NCBI GenBank assembly: GCA_965203905.1
Contig: CBDBDQ010000005.1
Coordinates: 1,248,001 to 1,312,000 of the forward strand
Direction of reading: 5' to 3'
Origin: Spirochaetia bacterium
Lineage (GTDB): Bacteria; Spirochaetota; Spirochaetia; SZUA-6; Bin103
Length of the DNA: 64,000 bases
The position numbers and the translations under genes are program-made. Positions 35,998 through 45,971 of this stretch are shown piece by piece (position 1 is the stretch's first letter; each line of letters opens with the position of its first letter). The notes under the pieces are model-generated. The model did not search any database. It was given only the letters and a program-made list of their open reading frames with translations, and was not told the DNA's origin.

Positions 35998-36903
35998 GTG
36001 CCGATGAATGCCAACAACGAGGGCGTGCGCAGCGCCGGCAGAACGTTCAGTGAGGCTGAACTGCGGATCGTCTGCCAGATCGTTGCCGCCGGTGGCCGCC
36101 TCAGTCGTACGCAGTTGATGGTGCAGGTGTGTCGGCGGCTGCGCTGGCAGCGCCCGAACGGTGCGCTGAAGGTCCGCGAATGTCGTGATCTGTTTGCAAT
36201 GCTGCAGCGCAGCGGTCGCCTGCGCCTGCCGCCGAAGCGCAGCACCGGGCGCCCGCTGGGCTCGCACACCGAGGTGCCGTGCACGCCGGCTGGCGAGCCG
36301 GGGCGGCCAGTATGCGGCACCGTCGGGCAGTTCGGCAGCGTACACCTGGAGCCGGTCACGACTGCCGGCGAGCAGCGCTGGTGGCGGGAGCTGGTGGGCC
36401 GCTATCACTACCTGGGCTACCGGGTGCCGTTCGGTGCCCAACTGCGCTACCTGGCGTTCGTCAGCGAGCCCACCACGACGCTGGTGGCGGCGTTGCAACT
36501 GTCCTCGCCGGCGTGGCGGCTGGCGGCGCGCGAGCGCTGGATCGGCTGGGACGAACCGACTCGGACACGCAATCTGCAACGGGTGGTCAACAACAGTCGC
36601 TTCCTGGTGCTGCCGTGGGTCCGGGTGAAGAACTTGGCCAGCCGCCTGCTGGCGCTGCTGGCCGGGCGGCTGGCTGCCGATTGGCAGCAGCGGTTCGCGG
36701 TCGAGCCGCTGCTGCTGGAGACGCTGGTGGATAGCGGTCGCTTTGCCGGCACCTGCTACCGGGCTGCCAACTGGATCGAGTTGGGCGCCACGGCAGGTCG
36801 GGGACGCATGGACCGCGCCCATACCCGTCATGGGCAAGCGCCGAAGCGGGTTCTGGTGTATCCTCTGGTGGCCGACGCGCAACGCCGGCTGGCGCAGGGC
36901 TGA
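35998..36903 (+). CDS. DUF4338 (DruA-like) domain protein
   Basis: YHYLGY..PFGAQLRYL, AWRLAARERWIGW, VVNNSRFLVLPWV.VKNLAS, LLETLVD..RF.GTCYRAANW. Confidence 0.88.
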   Translation: MPMNANNEGVRSAGRTFSEAELRIVCQIVAAGGRLSRTQLMVQVCRRLRWQRPNGALKVRECRDLFAMLQRSGRLRLPPKRSTGRPLGSHTEVPCTPAGEPGRPVCGTVGQFGSVHLEPVTTAGEQRWWRELVGRYHYLGYRVPFGAQLRYLAFVSEPTTTLVAALQLSSPAWRLAARERWIGWDEPTRTRNLQRVVNNSRFLVLPWVRVKNLASRLLALLAGRLAADWQQRFAVEPLLLETLVDSGRFAGTCYRAANWIELGATAGRGRMDRAHTRHGQAPKRVLVYPLVADAQRRLAQG

Positions 36904-38517
36904 GTGATGGGCGCTCCTCAGGCGTGGGCGAGTGAGCCGGCCGCCGACCCCTTCGCTGCCACGCGGGCGCGGTTCGAGCACCTGCTGCGAATAGCCAACG
37001 ACGTAGAGACGCGACAGATGAAGCACAGTGACCTGGAGCGACTGCTGACCAGCGAAGGTCAGGAACTGTTACGGCAACTCTACCAGAACTGTCTTGACCA
37101 GCAGGCCGAGGCGCAGGTCAGCGCAGAGGTGGTGGATGCGCAAGGCCAGCCGCGCACGCGCCAGCGGACCCAGCAGCGCCAGTTGGAGACGATCTTCGGC
37201 ACCGTCCAGGTAGCGCGCACCGGCTACGGGGCGGAGGGGCAAGCGAGCCTGCATCCGCTGGATGCGCAGTTGAACCTTCCCGCCGAGCGCTACTCGCTGG
37301 AGGTGCGGCGGCGAGTAGCGCTGGAAGCATCGAAGAACTCGTTTGACGAGACGGTGGAGACGCTCAATCGCTGCACCGGTGCCAAGATCGGCAAGCGGCA
37401 GGTGGAAGAACTGGTCAGTCGGGCGGCGCAGGACTTCGACGCCTTCTACCAGCAGCGGCGCCAGCAAGCGTCTGCGGAGCAGACGGTCGCCGACCACGGA
37501 GCGGTCGCGCCGCAGGCGACTGAGGATGCCCTGCTGGTGATCACCAGCGACGCCAAGGGCGTGGTCATGCACCAGCAGGACCTGCGACCTGCCACGCGCG
37601 CGGCCAGCGAGCGCACGGCGCGTGGCAAGCTGGCCACGCGCCTGAGCAAGGGCGAGAAACGCAACCGCAAGCGCATGGCCACGGTGGCGGTCGTCTACTC
37701 GGTGGCCGCCCACGTGCGCACGCCGCAGCAGATGCTGGCGCTGCTGGCGCGCGCTGAGGACGCCGAGCAGCAACGCTCGCCGCCGCGACCGCGACCGCAG
37801 CACAAGCGCGTGTGGGCGAGTCTGAAGCAGGAACCTCGGCAGATGTTGCAGGAGGCGTTCCGAGAAGCGCGCGAGCGCGATCCGCAGCAGCAGCAGACCT
37901 GGGTCGCGGTGGTCGACGGCAACCGGACGCAGTTGGACCTCCTGGCAGAGTTGGCCGCGCACCACGGGGTGCAGGTGACCATCGTGCTGGACATCTTTCA
38001 CGTGCTCGAATACCTGTGGAAAGCCGGCCACGCCCTGGAGGCCGAAGGCAGCCAACGGTTGGAGCAGTGGGTCTTGCAGCGCCTGGGACGTATCCTGGAA
38101 GGCCGCGCCCGCTCGGTGGCTGCCGGCATGCGCCGGAGCGCCACCAGGCGCCGCCTGACGAAGCGGCAGCGGCGACCGATCGACCAGTGCGCCAACTACC
38201 TGCTGAAGTACCAGGGCTACCTGGCCTACGACCGCTACCTGGCCGCTGGGCTGCCGATTGGCTCGGGCGTCGTCGAAGGCGCCTGCCGGCACTTGGTCAA
38301 CGACCGCCTTGGCATTACCGGTGCGCGCTGGCGACTACGCTCGGCCGAAGCGGTACTGCGCCTCAGGGCGCTGCGCAGCAGCGGCGATTTCGACGCCTAC
38401 TGGACGTTCCACGAGCAGCAGGAGTGGGAGCGTACCCACCGCCAACGTTACGCTGAAGGCAACGTGCCGTCGCTGGAACACCCGAACCCCGTGCCGCACC
38501 TGAGACTCGTCCGGTAG
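36904..38517 (+). CDS. ISKra4-family transposase
   Basis: LETIFG.V...R.GY, HPLDAQLNLP, DAKGVVM, VDG, LDIFHVLEYLW, Y..YLAAGLPIGSGVVEGACRHLV.DRL...GARW. Confidence 0.9.
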   Translation: MMGAPQAWASEPAADPFAATRARFEHLLRIANDVETRQMKHSDLERLLTSEGQELLRQLYQNCLDQQAEAQVSAEVVDAQGQPRTRQRTQQRQLETIFGTVQVARTGYGAEGQASLHPLDAQLNLPAERYSLEVRRRVALEASKNSFDETVETLNRCTGAKIGKRQVEELVSRAAQDFDAFYQQRRQQASAEQTVADHGAVAPQATEDALLVITSDAKGVVMHQQDLRPATRAASERTARGKLATRLSKGEKRNRKRMATVAVVYSVAAHVRTPQQMLALLARAEDAEQQRSPPRPRPQHKRVWASLKQEPRQMLQEAFREARERDPQQQQTWVAVVDGNRTQLDLLAELAAHHGVQVTIVLDIFHVLEYLWKAGHALEAEGSQRLEQWVLQRLGRILEGRARSVAAGMRRSATRRRLTKRQRRPIDQCANYLLKYQGYLAYDRYLAAGLPIGSGVVEGACRHLVNDRLGITGARWRLRSAEAVLRLRALRSSGDFDAYWTFHEQQEWERTHRQRYAEGNVPSLEHPNPVPHLRLVR

Positions 38518-38973
38518 CGCCCCAGCTTTCCAGCGCTCACCTGCGCCCGCCACCCGCCGCCTGCGTACCGGCTCATCTGCGTCCGTCACGCTCCTGACTT
38601 AACTTGCCGTCCGCAGCCCCCATCGCAACGCGGAATCCCCGCCGTAGCCAGGAGTAATACATGCTCTCCCCACCACGCCTATGCCCTCCCCCGCGTCGTC
38701 GCAAAAGAGCCGCACCCAATTCAATTGAGGGTATTAAAGGGCTACTCGAGGCGAATCCGGTGAGCGGCGTGGCGCAAGTCTTTGATTTCGGAAAATTGAG
38801 CCATACTTTCCGCTTTTGATATTCGAAGCCCTTGAATGAGGACGGCTGCACGGTCGAATGTTCCGCCGATGTACTTGTCGAGTCGTGGCACTCTGAGTCG
38901 AGGATGCAAGGTTGTTCGAGGAAGGACATCAAGTGGCATTCACGGCGTCGGGATCTTCGTTTTCACACTGCCA

Positions 38974-39332
38974 GATGCGCTCGGCCAAGCGCGGCCACTC
39001 GGACTTGGGCAGCTCGAGGGTGCCGAGGCTCAAGACCAGTCGCTGGCGTGGGCCTTTATCGGTGCGTACCGACTCCAGGAGGCGGTGATAGGTGTAGGAG
39101 CGACCGTTGCGGGAGACCTTGAGCTGACCGATGAACACGCACCTGGAAGATACCAGAGGGGTGAAGATGAGTCAACGCCTTGGTCTCACCAGAATACAAA
39201 TCCATGTGAGTTATAACTACACGCGACATATCCGTCCGCTGGCACCGATCTTCTCGCCCTCAGGCGCTCCTTTCACCGGTATCTCCACCAAATCGCGCCA
39301 CCTTTCTCCAAAAAATGATCAACTTGCGCTAG
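38974..39332 (-). mobile_element. Truncated, inverted IS1634 isoform (left end plus first ~55 codons)
   Basis: Reverse complement of 29227-29587 with scattered differences; ends ...TCAACTTGCGCTAG. Confidence 0.92.
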
Positions 39333-39605
39333 TTACGGGCAGCTCGTGACCGGAGGTCATCTTACCCAGAATCTGCTGTCGCGGCTTACGATGTCCCCTA
39401 TGTGGCCATACGCGATCCAGTTCACCGGATCGCTACCTTCGCAACATGTGCATTATAATGGCCGTTCGGACAGTTTCTCTATCGTGGTCGTCGGAGTCGC
39501 GAGTCCCGGCGCACGTATCAACCTGGGAACCAGGACCGGTTTGAATGGGAGCCCGTACCGCCGACTAGTGCGCTCTTCCGACCTTCAGCGAATAGCTTCT
39601 GTGCA

Positions 39606-40754
39606 CTATCCATCGTGAAGACGGATAGTCTGTATCAACTCGTCAGCTACTCGGCTTGCCAATTGTCGGCGAACTCCATCTAACTCTTCCTTCGTTCTGG
39701 CTGTGAACTCGCATTGACTACCACCGATCTTTCTTGCCGACGACACCGTCTCCTGGTAGGACGGTGTGAGCTTCGGCGGATCCTGTCCGAACCGTCGTTC
39801 TCTCTCACTCTCGGTATTAAGTTGTGCGACGCGCCGCCGCAATTGTGCGCAATTCGAACAAGTGCGCTCATACGTAACCTCAAATACGACTCCAGCGTTA
39901 TTGTCCTCTTGATCAATCTCAGTAACCTTATGACTACCTATCCATACGACATTTCCTGTGGCTACCTCAATGAGCTTCGCGTCTAAGGAGGCTTGCGCGA
40001 AGTCGCAGTTGTAGTAGCCGAATGACTCGTTGGTGAACTTGGTTTCTACTGCCCGATATTGGTCAGCGAAATCCCTTAGACTAGCATTTGAGAGCAGGTT
40101 AACTGACTCCGATCTTCGTTCAAGCGGAGAGAACTTGCTGATCTGCAAGATGAAATCGGCACGTACTTCCGTTGCACTCGCGGCCCGTATCACTTCCGAA
40201 GTATCAATTAGATGGCCCTGTCCGGCCCTCTCAATCTGTAATTTGCTGCGAAGTTCACGTACACGATCTGCAAACTCATCTTGTGTTATTTCCTCCTTCT
40301 CTAGTTGACTCCGTAGGTCCTGGTATGCCGGTCCAAGAACCGAGTCGTCAGCAAGACCATCGTCGCGTAAATCGCGCAGAATGGCCTCGAACTTGGCTCT
40401 ATCTTTCACAACGAAGCCCCCTACAAGTAGCTGTTTTTCCATCGCTCGCTCAGCAACATTGAAGTATCCGGACGTGCTGAACTCGTCTGCGTTGGTTGCT
40501 TCAGAAGCCTCCGAAGCGACGCGAAGTCTCGGAACGTCTATAACAACGCTACTTCCGCGCAAAATCCTGGCAACGGGCGACGAGACCGAGTTCTCACTGG
40601 CGTCCGAGATCGGGCTGGTAACAAGCCGAAATTCTACTCTTTCTCGCTGGTCTGGATCGTAGCTCGGCATCTTCACGGGCGGCGCCATCGGAGTAGCGCA
40701 ACACATGATCATGATTGCCGCAGGTATCGAGAGGGCTACTTTCAGATTTGGCAT
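39606..40754 (-). CDS. Putative lipoprotein with a CsgG/HfaB-like domain
   Basis: AAGGAG RBS; hydrophobic leader ending IMCC; GFVVKDRAKFEAIL, ADFIL, AKLIEVATGNVVW. Confidence 0.7.
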   Translation of the reverse strand: MPNLKVALSIPAAIMIMCCATPMAPPVKMPSYDPDQRERVEFRLVTSPISDASENSVSSPVARILRGSSVVIDVPRLRVASEASEATNADEFSTSGYFNVAERAMEKQLLVGGFVVKDRAKFEAILRDLRDDGLADDSVLGPAYQDLRSQLEKEEITQDEFADRVRELRSKLQIERAGQGHLIDTSEVIRAASATEVRADFILQISKFSPLERRSESVNLLSNASLRDFADQYRAVETKFTNESFGYYNCDFAQASLDAKLIEVATGNVVWIGSHKVTEIDQEDNNAGVVFEVTYERTCSNCAQLRRRVAQLNTESERERRFGQDPPKLTPSYQETVSSARKIGGSQCEFTARTKEELDGVRRQLASRVADELIQTIRLHDG

Positions 40755-41313
40755 TTGACTCTCCTTGCTAACGCAGTAAGTCTTGGAACTCAACTGCACG
40801 CTGAGTACTTTGTGGGACAGATGTTGCTGCCGCCAGGATCATCGCCACGACCAGCGCGGGTACGGCGGTATGGCGCCCTTGGGCATCTGGGGCGTGGGTA
40901 GGGCCTCACGACGCGACACGACGCGGGTCGGCGGTACAGGGTAGTTGGGCGGGAGAGCGGATGTCTGGGACGGTAGCGGGATAATTGGGAACAGGAGATT
41001 GACCCTGTCGCGAATTCGCACAGGGGGCGCGCGGTGACCAGCCCCGCAGCCTGCGCGGGTTCGGGTTCGCATCCTATGCCTGCTCGCCTTCCCCTCATGC
41101 ACAAGACTCCCTTCCAGCTCGACCCCACGCCCCTCCGCGCCTTGCCTCCGTGCACTCGTGCGGATCAAACGGCCCCACCCGATCAGAATATGCGATCTGG
41201 TGGCGCACTATCCAGGAGATGCAAGTGGACCCGTGTAGCGTTTGAAATTAACTCAGCTGCCCACACCCCGTACCAGCGGCGTCGACCCAACCGAATCTCC
41301 CCGTGAAACCACT

Positions 41314-41865
41314 TCAACCAGGCGGGATAACCACTACCTTTAGGCGGTACCCGGCTATTACGGCCACGCCCGCCTGAATCGCGGATGGCGTACCCGTCAT
41401 CTGGACAGCGATTACACCTTGGCTGTAAGCGTATGTCGTACTGAGAATTACGTTGTCAGAGAACTGGAACACCTCCGGTAGCGCATACCATGATCTACCG
41501 CCACCAAGATCATAGTACGCCTCGACTACTCCAGAGCTGGCCGCTTCCGCGGTTATCTCTGGCACGTTGTACAGTGCCGTGGCGACCTCGCCACTCGCGG
41601 ATATAGAGAAATCGCTGCTGGATATCAGAAACAGACGACTTGCTACGGCAATGCCGGTCTGCCCCGGTTCCCCCTGAGGACCAGAGGGTCCCTGCGGCCC
41701 ACGTGGACCGGTCTGCCCTGGTAGGCCCATCGGACCGCGTTCGCCCTGCTCGCCTTGCGGCCCGGCTGGCCCGCGAGGCCCCTCCATCGGCTCGCACGCG
41801 ACAATCAAAACGGATATGGCGATCGCCGCCAGCACGGCGACCCTTCTTTGTAGCGCAGCTGTCAT
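41314..41865 (-). CDS. Collagen-like lipoprotein
   Basis: Lipobox IVA-C, Gly-X-Y run, C-terminal WYALP...LKVVVIP domain. Confidence 0.88.
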   Translation of the reverse strand: MTAALQRRVAVLAAIAISVLIVACEPMEGPRGPAGPQGEQGERGPMGLPGQTGPRGPQGPSGPQGEPGQTGIAVASRLFLISSSDFSISASGEVATALYNVPEITAEAASSGVVEAYYDLGGGRSWYALPEVFQFSDNVILSTTYAYSQGVIAVQMTGTPSAIQAGVAVIAGYRLKVVVIPPG

Positions 41866-42133
41866 TCTGCCCCCTGTGTCCTGGCACGGCACAAAGGTGC
41901 CGAGCCGTCGCAGAGAAGGCCGCCACACCTGACCCACAGCATATCCTTGGTACTCGCTCCCCGGCCGGAGTAGCGACTCCCCGCCGTCTGGAGGTTGTAT
42001 TCGGCCAGTGACCGGCATGACGCGCATCACACTAGCCTCCTCTGCGCCATCAAGGGTAAATGCTTACAGCCGGCTCGTAAAGCAGCAGCCGGAGCGCTTC
42101 GCTCGGCGCAGGTGGTTCTGGTTGTTGGTGGCG

Positions 42134-42778
42134 ATGCAACCCGTGCCCCAGGTCGCGGCAAGGTTCATGTTGCCGGGCTCGCCGCTCCGGATCGGCAGGA
42201 ACGGGACGGCGGGCGGCGGCCGGAGCAGGGCGGCCGTCACCCTGTTCGCCGCCCTGCTGACCGCATGCAGCTTCGAATACTCCGATGCCGACGCAGCACC
42301 CACGCAACTGCTTGGGCACATTCCCGAGACCGAGCTCACCGAGGTAACCCACGCCATCGTCCGCAACGGCCGCGTAGCGGCCGAGTTCCGCGCCCGGCAG
42401 GTGCGCAACTTCCCCCGCGCCGGCCGTACGGAGTTGGATGACGTGCTCTACCACGAGTACGACCGCAACGGCATTCTGGTGACCGTCGGCAACGCCGAGC
42501 GCGCCGTGTACTACACCGAGCGCGAGGACGCCGAGCTGGCCGGCGCGATCCGCTTGCGCTCCCAGTCGCAGGGCGTCTGGCTGGAAGCGGAGACCCTGCG
42601 CTGGGAGGACGCCAGTCACCGGCTGTCCTCGGGCCCGGAGGAGACCGTGGCGGTTACCCGCGACGACGGCTCGCAGGTGACCGGCGTCGGTCTCCAGGTC
42701 GACGTGCGCCGCAAGACCATCCGCTTCTCGGGACCCGTCAGCGGGACCCTGGTCGCCGAGACCGGGGCGGGGGAGTAG
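42134..42778 (+). CDS. lptC: LptC-like protein, copy 3 (intact)
   Basis: Same length as copy 1 from the ATG of MQPVP; shares the upstream leader with copy 1. Confidence 0.78.
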   Translation: MQPVPQVAARFMLPGSPLRIGRNGTAGGGRSRAAVTLFAALLTACSFEYSDADAAPTQLLGHIPETELTEVTHAIVRNGRVAAEFRARQVRNFPRAGRTELDDVLYHEYDRNGILVTVGNAERAVYYTEREDAELAGAIRLRSQSQGVWLEAETLRWEDASHRLSSGPEETVAVTRDDGSQVTGVGLQVDVRRKTIRFSGPVSGTLVAETGAGE

Positions 42779-42974
42779 GCGGGAGGGCGCGCGGCCGGGG
42801 GCCGTGGGGCGTGGCGAGACGGTGTGCCACCGCTTCGACCATCGGTCATGCGCGCGAGGCGCCTGCTACCGAACCGGCTGGTGCTGCGACCGCCGGCGCA
42901 GCGGCGCAGCGCCCGCACCCGGCGTTGCAGCCTGCCGTGAGACGCACGGATGAACCGGCTCGACCACGGAAGGC

Positions 42975-43235
42975 AACGGCGCTGTTCTACCCGGGCGCGG
43001 TGCTGGCGTGGCTGCGCCTGATGGGGGGAGGCGCGGGCCGGCCACTACCTGCTGCTGGTGCTGTTCGCGGCCGGCCTGCTGAGCAAGTCGGTGGCGATGA
43101 CGTTGCCGCTGCTGCTGGTGCAGTGGTGGCGACGTGGCCAGGGTGGCCGGGTGACGCCGGTGGATCTGCTGCGGGTGGCGCCGCTGGTGGTGCTCGGGGC
43201 GGTGATCACGGCGGCCGACCTGGCGTTCTACCGGG
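42975..43235 (+). pseudogene. TMTC-like transferase internal fragment
   Basis: LFAAGLLSKSVAMTLP..LVQWW...RVTPVDLLRVAP...GAVITAADLAF matches about 16060-16315. Confidence 0.8.
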
Positions 43236-43718
43236 GCGGCAACCGCCGCCCCGACGCCGAAGATAGGCGCAGTAAGTGCCTCGCGGTACGCGACCTGGCC
43301 GCCGCTCACGGCTTCGCCGCCGGCGCCAGGTCGCGGCTCGTGTCGTGCAGCCACCAGGGGTCCGCGACGTGGTCGTCCGGGTCCGGCTTCCAGGTCGCGC
43401 CCTCCAGCGCTACCAGGTGCCCGCCTCCGTCCGCCGCGCCCAGTACCTCCGCGCGACCGGCGTAGCGCCAATGCCGTGATGACGCCGCGCCGGGTTCACG
43501 GTTGCTGTGCCCACCGCGGCGCCGTAGCAGGAGGTGCAGCCTCCACGTCATCCGGTGTGCAGGAACTTGGCTCGCCCTCGAAAGCGCCAACGAACGGTGT
43601 CCCGTTGTAACCGGTATGGCTCGCAACTTCTCCAGGCACCTGCCCGGTCGCGCCGGCCGCGGTACGATTCTCGTGGTCACCGCCGCGTGGTATGCTCACG
43701 GGGTCAGGAGGGACCGTG

Positions 43719-44576
43719 ATGGCAAGCTCGGTACTCGCTCCCGCCCAGGTTGAATACCCCTCGTCGGACGGACGACCGGTGGCGGAGAGCGATCACCAGT
43801 TCATCCCGCTGACCTATGCCGCGAACCGGCTGCGGGAACACTTTCGCGAGCGCGAGGACGTGTACGTGGCGGGGAACCTGTTGATCTACTACGAGGAAGG
43901 GACGCAGGCGCGGGTGGCGCCGGACGTGTTCGTGGTGCTGGGTGCGCCGCGGCGGAAGCGAACGAGCTACGTGCTGTGGCAGGAGCCGAAGGCGCCCGAC
44001 TTCGTGCTGGAGGTGACCTCGCGCAGCACGCACGTGGAGGACCAGGGCTCGAAGCGGAGGCTGTACCAGAGGCTCGGGGTGCGGGAGTACTGGCAGTACG
44101 ACCCGACGGGGGACTACCTGGAGCCGGCGTTGCAGGGACTGGAGTTGGTGCCGGGGGAGTACGCGAGGCTGCCGGAACGGGAGCTGGCGGACGGGACGCT
44201 GGTGCTGACGAGCGCGGTGCTGGAGTTGGAGTTGCGGCTGACCGAGCGCGGGCTGCGGTTCCACGATCCGGTGACGGCGCGCGAGCTGCCGGACCTCGGG
44301 GAGACGGACGCGGCCTGGCGGGAGGCCGAGCAGGGGTGGGAGCAGGAGCGCCAGGAACGCGAACGGGCGGAGCAGGAACGCGAACGGGCGGAGCAGAAAC
44401 GCGAGCGGGCGGAGCAGCGGTGGCGCCGGGCCGAGCAGGATCGCCGGCGGGAGCGGGACGCGCGCCATCACGCCGAGCAGGATCGCCGGCGGGAACGGGA
44501 GGCCCGGCAGGCGGCGGAGGCGCGGATCGCCGAACTCGAAGCCAGGCTGCGCGACCGTGATAACTCCGAGCCGTAA
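43719..44576 (+). CDS. Uma2-family PD-(D/E)XK endonuclease with a repetitive coiled-coil tail
   Basis: YPSSDGRPVAES..., VAPDVFVV, PDFVLEVTS.ST...D...K...Y..LGV.EYW.YDP; AGGAGG RBS; TGnTATGCT extended -10. Confidence 0.92.
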   Translation: MASSVLAPAQVEYPSSDGRPVAESDHQFIPLTYAANRLREHFREREDVYVAGNLLIYYEEGTQARVAPDVFVVLGAPRRKRTSYVLWQEPKAPDFVLEVTSRSTHVEDQGSKRRLYQRLGVREYWQYDPTGDYLEPALQGLELVPGEYARLPERELADGTLVLTSAVLELELRLTERGLRFHDPVTARELPDLGETDAAWREAEQGWEQERQERERAEQERERAEQKRERAEQRWRRAEQDRRRERDARHHAEQDRRREREARQAAEARIAELEARLRDRDNSEP

Positions 44577-44696
44577 GCTGCCACCCGTCTGGTTCGAGGT
44601 CGTCATGCCTCGTTGTCGACAGATTAGACAGAGCGGCAGATGATTTGCGTGCGTGCAGCCGTCGGTGCGCTCCAGAATCATGGTCCGAAATGAACT

Positions 44697-44885
44697 CGCC
44701 GTCCCCCGGACCGGCGTCCGGGCCAGGCTCCGGCGTCAAGGTCAGCGTGGCCGCTCCGTAGCACGCCACGCTCCACACCATCAGCCGGTCGTTCATCGCA
44801 TAGCACCCCCAGGGGTAGAGCCCGGTCAGCGTCCAGGCGACCTCCCCGTCGAGCGTGAGCATGACGCGGCCCGTCACCTTGCCCG
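44697..44885 (-). pseudogene. Fragment of an autotransporter-like beta-barrel gene
   Basis: GEVAWTLTGLYPWG.YA...VW.VA.YG.ATLTLTPE. Confidence 0.6.
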
Positions 44886-44888
44886 GGC

Positions 44889-45497
44889 ATGTGCGCCGGG
44901 CAGTCCGGATCGGGAGGAACCGGGAGGGCGAGCGGCGGCCGGAGCAGGGCTGCCGTCGCCCTGTGCGCCGCCCTGCTGACCGCATGCAGCTTCGAATACT
45001 CCGATGCCGACGCATCACCCACGCAACTGCTTGGGCACATACCCGAAACCGAGCTCACCGAGGTAACCCACACCATCGTACGCAACGGGCGCGTGGCGGC
45101 CGAGTTCCGCGCCCGGCACGTGCGCAACTTCCCCCGCTCCGGCCGCACGGAGCTGGATGCGGTGCACTACTCCGAATACGACCGCAACGGCATCCTGGTG
45201 ACCGCCGGCAACGCCGAGCGCGCCGTGTACTTCACCGAGCGCGAGGACGCCGAGGTGGCCGGCGCGATCCGCTTGCGCTCGCAGTCGCAGGGCGTGTGGC
45301 TGGAGGCCGAGACCCTGCGCTGGGAGGACGCCAGCCACCGGCTGTTCTCGGGCCCCGAGGAGACGGTGGCGGTTACCCGCGACGACGGCTCGCAGGTGAC
45401 CGGCGTCGGTCTCCAGGTCGACGTGCGCCGCAAGACCATCCGCTTCTCGGGACCCGTCAGCGGGACCCTGGTTGCTGAAACCGGGGCGGGGGAGTAG
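44889..45497 (+). CDS. lptC: LptC-like protein, copy 4 (replaced 5' end)
   Basis: Intact frame; homology starts near 44905. Confidence 0.72.
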   Translation: MCAGQSGSGGTGRASGGRSRAAVALCAALLTACSFEYSDADASPTQLLGHIPETELTEVTHTIVRNGRVAAEFRARHVRNFPRSGRTELDAVHYSEYDRNGILVTAGNAERAVYFTEREDAEVAGAIRLRSQSQGVWLEAETLRWEDASHRLFSGPEETVAVTRDDGSQVTGVGLQVDVRRKTIRFSGPVSGTLVAETGAGE

Positions 45498-45971
45498 GCG
45501 GGGGCGCGCGGCCGGGGGCCGCTGGCCGCGGGGCGCGGCGAGACGGTGTGCGACCTGTACGAGATCGGTACACGACCCCGCTCTCAGTGCTTGCCTCCCA
45601 AGACTTGGAAGTCGTCTACCTCGAGCTGCTCGGGGAAGCCGGGACCGTATGCCTGCCGTACCACGCGCCCGTGGACGATCACGCTGCGCTGCTGCAGGCC
45701 CCACAGCTCGGTGGTGCTCTCCGACGAGCTCGTAGTACTCGGTGGCAGTGGCGAGCACCAGGATCACGTGGCGATCTGAACCGGTCGTCGTCACCGGTCC
45801 GGTCACCATTATGCCGGAGTCCGAAGGGTCACGATCGACAGGCCAAAGGAGGGCATGGTGGCGGCATCGACATCATCGCGCGTCCGATGGAACAAGATCC
45901 CCAGTCCCCGTTTCCGCCAGCTTGCTTACGTATGCAAAAGCGCTGGCGCACCACTTCCCGTTGTACCGGGT

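Larger units (their letters stand above)
35792..38717 (+). mobile_element. ISKra4-family element carrying a DUF4338 gene
   Basis: IRs GGGTGCGGCTCTTTTAGGACGAC / GTCGTCGCAAAAGAGCCGCACCC; 9-bp TSD AATTCAATT at 35783-35791 and 38718-38726. Confidence 0.9.
35630..38819 (+). pseudogene. 84-aa hypothetical gene interrupted by the ISKra4-type element (35630-35791 + 38727-38819)
   Basis: Removing the IS and one TSD gives an open frame MYVIVIRLDTG...GDRNSIEGIKGLLEANPVSGVAQVFDFGKLSHTFRF*; GAGG RBS. Confidence 0.6.
42262..45277 (+). repeat. Unit A of a ~3.1-kb direct duplication (lptC - TMTC fragment - Uma2 - barrel fragment - lptC)
   Basis: Colinear and near-identical to 47336-50507, apart from indels. 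Confidence 0.92.

Noticed and set aside
45583-45850. Intact small minus-strand gene (LVLATATEYYELVGE...GPGFPEQLEV)
   Set aside because: Looks coding but is frameshifted with no clear start, so it was not annotated.
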